From contig OZ024743.1 of assembly GCA_964016885.1 (NCBI GenBank), forward strand, positions 276,954,001 to 277,018,000: a DNA stretch of 64,000 bases, in the 5' to 3' direction. Of this stretch, positions 57,001 to 64,000 are shown piece by piece. The notes below the pieces were generated by a model. That model ran no database searches, was not told the origin of the DNA, and saw only the letters and a program-made list of their open reading frames with translations. The first letter of the stretch is position 1. Every line of letters begins with the position of its first letter. Position numbers and translations under genes: made by a program. The stretch comes from Eledone cirrhosa. Lineage: Eukaryota.

Positions 57001-60000
57001 GTGTCTGATACTGGGGAAAATTAAGATTACTGGTGTCTGATGCTGGGGAAATCAAAGATTACTGGTGTCTGATACTGGATAAAATTATGATTACTGGTGT
57101 CTGATACTGTGGAAAATTAAGATTACTGGTGTCTGATACTGGATAAAATTATGATTACCGGTGTCTGATACTGTGAAAAATTAAGATTACTGGTGTCTGA
57201 TACTGGGGAAAATTAAGATTACTGGTGTCTGATACTGGTTAAAATTTAGATTACTGGTGTCTGATACTGCGGAAAATTAAGATTACTGGTGTCTGATACT
57301 GGGGAAAATTAAGATTACTGGTGTCTAATACTGGGGAAAACTAAGATCACTGGTGTCTGATACTGGATAAAATTAAGTTTACTGGTGTCTGATACTGGAT
57401 AAAATTAAGATAACTGGTGTCTGATACTGGGGAAAATTATGATTACTGGTGTCTGATACTGGGGAAAATTAAGATTACTTCTGTCTGAAACTGGGGAAAA
57501 TTAAGATTACTGGTGTCTGATACTGGTTAAAATTTAGATTACTGGTGTCTGATACTGCGGAAAATTAAGATTACTGGTGTCTGATACTGGGGAAAATTAA
57601 GATTACTGGTGTCTGATACTGGATAAAATTAAGATTACTGGTGTCTAATACTGGGGAAAATTAAGATTACTGGTGTCTGATACTGGATAAAATTAAGATT
57701 ACTGGTGTCTGATACTGGGGAAAACTAAGATTACTGGTGTCTGATACTGGATAAAATTAAGATTACTGGTGTCTGATACTGGTTAAAATTAAGATTACTG
57801 GTGTCTAATACTGGGGAAAACTAAGATCACTGGTGTCTGATACTGGATAAAATTAAGTTTACTGGTGTCTGATACTGGTTAAAATTAAGATAACTGGTGT
57901 CTGATACTGGGGAAAATTATGATTACTGGTGTCTGATACTGTGGAAAATTAAGATTACTGGTGTCTGATACTGTGGAAAATTAAGATTACTGGTGTCTGA
58001 TACTGGGGAAAATTAAGATTACTGGTGTCTGATACTGGATAAAATTAAGATTACTGGTGTCTGATACTGGATAAAATTAAGATTACTGGTGTCTGATACT
58101 GGATAAAATTATGATTACTGGTATGTGATACTGGGGAAAATTAAGATTACTGGTGTCTGATACAGGATAAAATTAAGATTACTGGTGTCTGATACTGGGG
58201 AAAATTAAGATTACTGGTGTATGATACTGGATAAAATTAAGATTACTGGTGTCTGATACTGGATAAAATTAAGATTACTGGTGTCTGATACTGGATAAAA
58301 TTAAGATTACTGGTGTGTGATACTGGGGAAAATTAAGATTACTGGTGTCTGATACTGGATAAAATTAAGATTACTGGTGTCTGATACTGGATAAAATTAA
58401 GATTACTGGTGTCTGATACTGGATAAAATTAAGATTACTGGTGTCTGATACTGGACAAAATTAAGATTACTGCTGTCTGAAACTGGGGAAAATTAAGATT
58501 ACTGGTGTCTGATACTGGTTAAAATTTACATTACTTGTGTCTGATACTGCGGAAAATTAAGATTACTGGTGTCTGATACTGGGGAAAATTAAGATTACTG
58601 GTGTCTGATACTGGATAAAATTAAGATTACTGGTGTGTGATACTGGGGAAAATTAAGATTACTGGTGTCTAATACTGGGGAAAACTAAGATTAATGGTGT
58701 CTGATAGAGGATAAAATTAAGATTACTGGTGTCTGATATTGGATAAAATTAAGATAACTGGTGTCTGATACTGGGGAAAATTATGATTACTGGTGTCTGA
58801 TACTGGGGAAAATTAAGATTACTGCTGTCTGAAACTGGGGAAAATTAAGATTACTGGTGTCTGATACTGGTTAAAATTTAGATTACTGGTGTCTGATACT
58901 GCGGAAAATTAATATTACTGGTGTCTGATACTGGGGAAAATTAAGATTACTGGTGTCTGATACTGGATAAAATTAAGATTACTGGTATCTGATACTGCGG
59001 AAAATTAAGATTACTGGTGTCTGATACTGGTTAGAATTAAGATTACTGCTGTCTGATGCTGGGGAAATCAAAGATTACTGGTGTCTGATACTGGATAAAA
59101 TTATGATTACTGGTGTCTGATACTGTCGAAGATTAAGATTACTGGTGTCTGATACTGGATAAAATTATGATTACCGGTGTCTGATACTGTGGAAAATTAA
59201 GATTACTGGTGTCTGATACTGAGGAAAATTAAGATTACTGGTGTCTGATGCTGGGGAAATCAAAGATTACTGGTGTCTGATACTGGATAAAATTATGATT
59301 ACTGGTGTCTGATACTGTGGAAAATTAAGATTACTGGTGTCTGATACTGGATAAAATTAAGATTACTGGTGTCTGATACTGTGGAAAATTAAGATTACTG
59401 GTGTCTGATACTGTGGAAAATTAAGATTACTGGTGTCTGATACTGGATAAAATTAAGATTACTGGTGTCTGATACTGGATAAAATTATTACTGGTGTCTG
59501 ATACTGGGGAAAATTAAGATTACTGGTGTCTGATGCTGGGGAAATCAAAGATTACTGGTTTCTGATACTGGATAAAATTAAGATTACTGGTGTATGATAC
59601 TGTTGAAAATTAAGATTACTGGTGTCTGATACTGGATAAAATTAAGATTACTGGTGTCTGATACTGCGGAAAATTAAGATTACTGGTGTCTGATACTGGG
59701 GAAAATTAAGATTTCTGGTGTCTGATGCTGGGGAAATCAAAGATTACTGGTGTCTGATACTGGGGAAATCAAAGATTACTGGTGTCTGATACTGGATAAA
59801 ATTATGGTTACTGGTGTCTGATACTGTGGAAAATTAAGATTACTGGTGTCTGATACTGTGGAAAATTAAGATTACTGGTGTCTGATACTGGGGAAAATTA
59901 AGATTACTGGTGTCTGATACTGGATAAAATTAAGATTACTGGTGTCTGATACTGGATAAAATTAAGATTACTGGTGTCTGATACTGGATAAAATTATGAT

Positions 60001-63000
60001 TACTTGTATGTGATACTGGGGAAAATTAAGATTACTGGTGTCTGATACAGGATAAAATTAAGATTACTGGTGTCTGATACTGGATAAAATTAAGATTACT
60101 GGTGTCTGATACTGGATAAAATTAAGATTACTGGTGTCTGATACTGGATAAAATTAAGATTACTGGTGTCTGATACTGGGGAAAATTAAGATTACTGGTG
60201 TCTGATACTGGATAAAATTAAGATTACTGGTGTCTGATACTGGATAAAATTAAGATTACTGGTGTCTGATACTGGATAAAATTAAGATTACTGGTGTCTG
60301 ATACTGGATAAAATTAAGATTACTGGTGTCTGATACTGGATAAAATTATGATTACTTGTATGTGATACTGGGGAAAATTAAGATTACTGGTGTCTGATAC
60401 AGGATAAAATTAAGATTACTGGTGTCTGATACTGGATAAAATTAAGATTACTGGTGTCTGATACTGGATAAAATTAAGATTACTGGTGTCTGATACTGGG
60501 GAAAATTAAGATTACTGGTGTCTGATACTGGATAAAATTAAGATTACTGGTGTCTGATACTGGATAAAATTAAGATTACTGGTGTCTGATACTGGATAAA
60601 ATTAAGATTACTGGTGTCTGATACTGGATAAAATTAAGATTACTGGTGTCTGATACTGGATAAAATTATGATTACTTGTATGTGATACTGGGGAAAATTA
60701 AGATTACTGGTGTCTGATACAGGATAAAATTAAGATTACTGGTGTCTGATACTGGATAAAATTAAGATTACTGGTGTCTGATACTGGATAAAATTAAGAT
60801 TACTGGTGTCTGATACTGGATAAAATTAAGATTACTGGTGTCTGATACTGGGGAAAATTAAGATTACTGGTGTCTGATACTGGATAAAATTAAGATTACT
60901 GGTGTCTGATACTGGATAAAATTAAGATTACTGGTGTCTGATACTGGATAAAATTATGATTACTGGTGTGTGATACTGGGGAAAATTAAGATTACTGGTG
61001 TCTGATACTGGATAAAATTAAGATTACTGGTGTCTGATACTGGTTAAAATTTAGATTACTTGTGTCTGATACTGCGGAAAATTAAGATTACTGGTGTCTG
61101 ATACTGGGGAAAATTAAGATTACTGGTGTCTGATACTGGATAAAATTAAGATTACTGGTGTGTGATACTGGGGAAAATTAAGATTACTGGTGTCTAATAC
61201 TGGGGAAAACTAAGATTAATGGTGTCTGATACTGGATAAAATTAAGATAACTGGTGTCTGATACTGGGGAAAATTATGATTACTGGTGTCTGATACTGGG
61301 GAAAATTAAGATTACTGGTGTCTGATACTGGATAAAATTAAGATTACTGGTATCTGATACTGCGGAAAATTAAGATTACTGGTGTCTGATACTGGGGAAA
61401 ATTAAGATTACTGGTGTCTGATACTGGATAAAATTATGATTACCGGTGTCTGATACTGTGGAAAATTAAGATTACTGGTGTCTGATACTGGATAAAATTA
61501 TGATTACTGGTGTCTGATACTGTGGAAAATTAAGATTACTGGTGTCTGATACTGGATAAAATTATGATTACCGGTGTCTGATACTGTGGAAAATTAAGAT
61601 TACTGGAGTCTGATACTGGGGAAAATTAAGATTACTGGTGTCTGATGCTGGGGAAATCAAAGATTACTGGTGTCTGATACTGGATAAAATTATGATTACT
61701 GGTGTCTGATACTGTGGAATATGAAGATTACTGGTGTCTGATACTGTGGAAAATTAAGATTACTGGTGTCTGATACTGGATAAAATTAAGATTACTGGTG
61801 TCTGATACTGGATAAAATTATTACTGGTGTCTGATACTGGGGAAAATTAAGATTACTGGTGTCTGATGCTGGGGAAATCAATAATTACTGGTGTCTGATA
61901 CTGGATAAAATTAAGATTACTGGTGTGTGATACTGTTGAAAATTAAGATTACTGGTGTCTGATGCTGGGGAAATCAAAGATTACTGGTGTCTGATACTGG
62001 ATAAAATTATGATTACTGGTGTCTGATACTGTGGAAAATTAAGATTACTGGTGTCTGATACTGGATAAAATTAAGATTACTGGTGTCTGATACTGTGGAA
62101 AATTAAGATTACTGGTGTCTGATACTGTGGAAAATTAAGATTACTGGTGTCTGATACTGGATAAAATTAAGATTACTGGTGTCTGATACTGGATAAAATT
62201 ATTACTGGTGTCTGATACTGGGGAAAATTAAGATTACTGGTGTCTGATGCTGGGGAAATCAAAGATTACTGGTGTCTGATACTGGATAAAATTAAGATTA
62301 CTGGTGTGTGATACTGTGGAAAATTAAGATTACTGGTGTCTGATACTGTTGAAAATTAAGATTACTGGTGTCTGATACTGGATAAAATTAAGATTACTGG
62401 TGTCTGATACTGCGGAAAAGTAAGATTTCTGGTGTCTGATACTGGGGAAAATTAAGATTACTGGTGTCTGATGCTGGGGAAATCAAAGATTACTGGTTTC
62501 TGATACTGGATAAAATTATGATTACTGGTGTCTGATACTGTGGAAAATTAAGATTACTGGTGTCTGATACTGTGGAAAATTAAGATTACTGGTGTCTGAT
62601 ACTGGGGAAAATTAAGATTACTGGTGTCTGATACTGGATAAAATTAAGATTACTGGTGTCTGATACTGGATAAAATTATGATTACTGGTGTCTGATACTG
62701 GATAAAATTATGATTACTGGTATGTGATACTGGGGAAAATTAAGATTACTGGTGTCTGATACAGGATAAAATTAAGATTACAGGTGTCTGATACTGGGGA
62801 AAATTAAGATTACTGGTGTCTGATACTGGATAAAATGAAGATTACTGGTGTCTGATACTGGATAAAATTAAGATTACTGGTGTGTGATACTGGGGAAAAT
62901 TAAGATTACTGGTGTCTGATACTGGATAAAATTAAGATTACTGGTGTCTGATACTGGATAAAATTATGATTACTGGTGTCTGATACTGGATAAAATTATG

Positions 63001-64000
63001 ATTACTGGTGTGTGATACTGGGGAAAATTAAGATTACTGGTGTCTGATACTGGATAAAATTAAGATTACTGGTGTCTGATACTGGACAAAATTAAGATAA
63101 CTGCTGTCTGAAACTGGGGAAAATTAAGATTACTGCTGTCTGATACTGCGGAAAATTAAGATTACTGGTGTCTGATACTGGGGAAAATTAAGATTACTGG
63201 TGTCTGATACTGGATAAAATTAAGATTACTGGTGTCTGATACTGGGGAAAATTAAGATTACTGGTGTCTGATACTGGGGAAAATTAAGATTACTGGTGTC
63301 TGATGCTGGGGAAATCAAAGATTACTGGTGTCTGATACTGGATAAAATTATGATTACTGGTGTCTGATACTGTGGAAAATTAAGATTACTGGTGTCTGAT
63401 ACTGGGGAAAATTAAGATTACTGGTGTCTGATGCTGGGGAAATCAAAGATTACTGGTGTCTGATACTGGATAAAATTATGATTACTGGTGTCTGATACTG
63501 TGGAAAATTAAGATTACTGGTGTCTGATACTGGATAAAATTAAGATTACTGGTGTCTGATACTGGATAAAATTATTACTGGTGTCTGATACTGGATAAAA
63601 TTAAGATTACTGGTGTCTGATACTGGATAAAATTATTACTGGTGTCTGATACTGGATAAAATTTAGATTACTGGTGTGTGATACTAGGGCAAATTAAGAT
63701 TACTGGTGTCTGATACTGGGGAAAATTAAGATTACTGGTGTCTGATACTGGATAAAATTAACATTACTGGTGTCTGATACTGGATAAAACTAACATTACT
63801 GGTGTCTGATACTGGGGAAAATTAACATTAGTGGTGTCTGATACTGGATAAAACTAACATTACTGGTGTCTGATACTGCATAAAATTAAGATTACTGGTG
63901 TCTGATACTGGATAAAATTAAGATTACTGGTGTGTGATACTGGGGAAAATTAAGATTACTGGTGTCTCATACTGGATAAAATTAAGATTACTGGTGTCTG
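6059..64000 (+). repeat. 32-bp tandem satellite, main array (~1,810 monomers, continues beyond the window) with nested higher-order repeats
   Basis: Uninterrupted head-to-tail ATTACTGGTGTCTGATACTG-NNN-AAAATTAAG units, where NNN is mostly GGG or GAT but also GTT, TGG, CGG, TAT and others. I saw no inversion or further foreign insertion on reading through. The supplied track has no ORFs here. Confidence 0.99.

Noticed and set aside
2561-64000. CRISPR array (32-bp repeat length is CRISPR-like)
   Set aside because: Units are directly head-to-tail with no unique spacers, there are no cas genes, and the context is eukaryotic.
6059-64000. Repetitive protein-coding exon or telomeric repeat
   Set aside because: The 32-bp period shifts frame each unit and stop codons recur, so the track shows no ORFs. 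There is no TTAGGG-type unit.

Overview
This is non-coding eukaryotic DNA. A tRNA-derived CORE-type SINE and dense (TA)/(CA) microsatellites suggest an octopod cephalopod, but that is an inference from memory of the SINE family. The window shows the left edge of a large tandem satellite. Bases 1-2550 are a patchwork of compound microsatellites, a truncated tRNA-derived SINE, a possibly retroelement-derived degenerate stretch and a hAT/Charlie-like MITE. From ~2551 to the end (~96% of the window) runs a head-to-tail 32-bp satellite with consensus ATTACTGGTGTCTGATACTG[GGG/GAT]AAAATTAAG. It has roughly 1,890 monomers, all in one orientation, and continues past the window end. The array is interrupted once, by a complete 987-bp non-autonomous Helitron (5072-6058; 5'-TC...hairpin...CTAG-3') inserted precisely between A and T of one monomer. 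That Helitron carries its own 16-bp/37-bp minisatellite. Rare monomer variants reveal nested higher-order repeats of 64 bp, 128 bp, 320-544 bp, ~3.9 kb, ~8 kb and ~10.3 kb, plus zonation of variants along the array. No credible protein-coding gene, functional RNA gene or CRISPR array is present.
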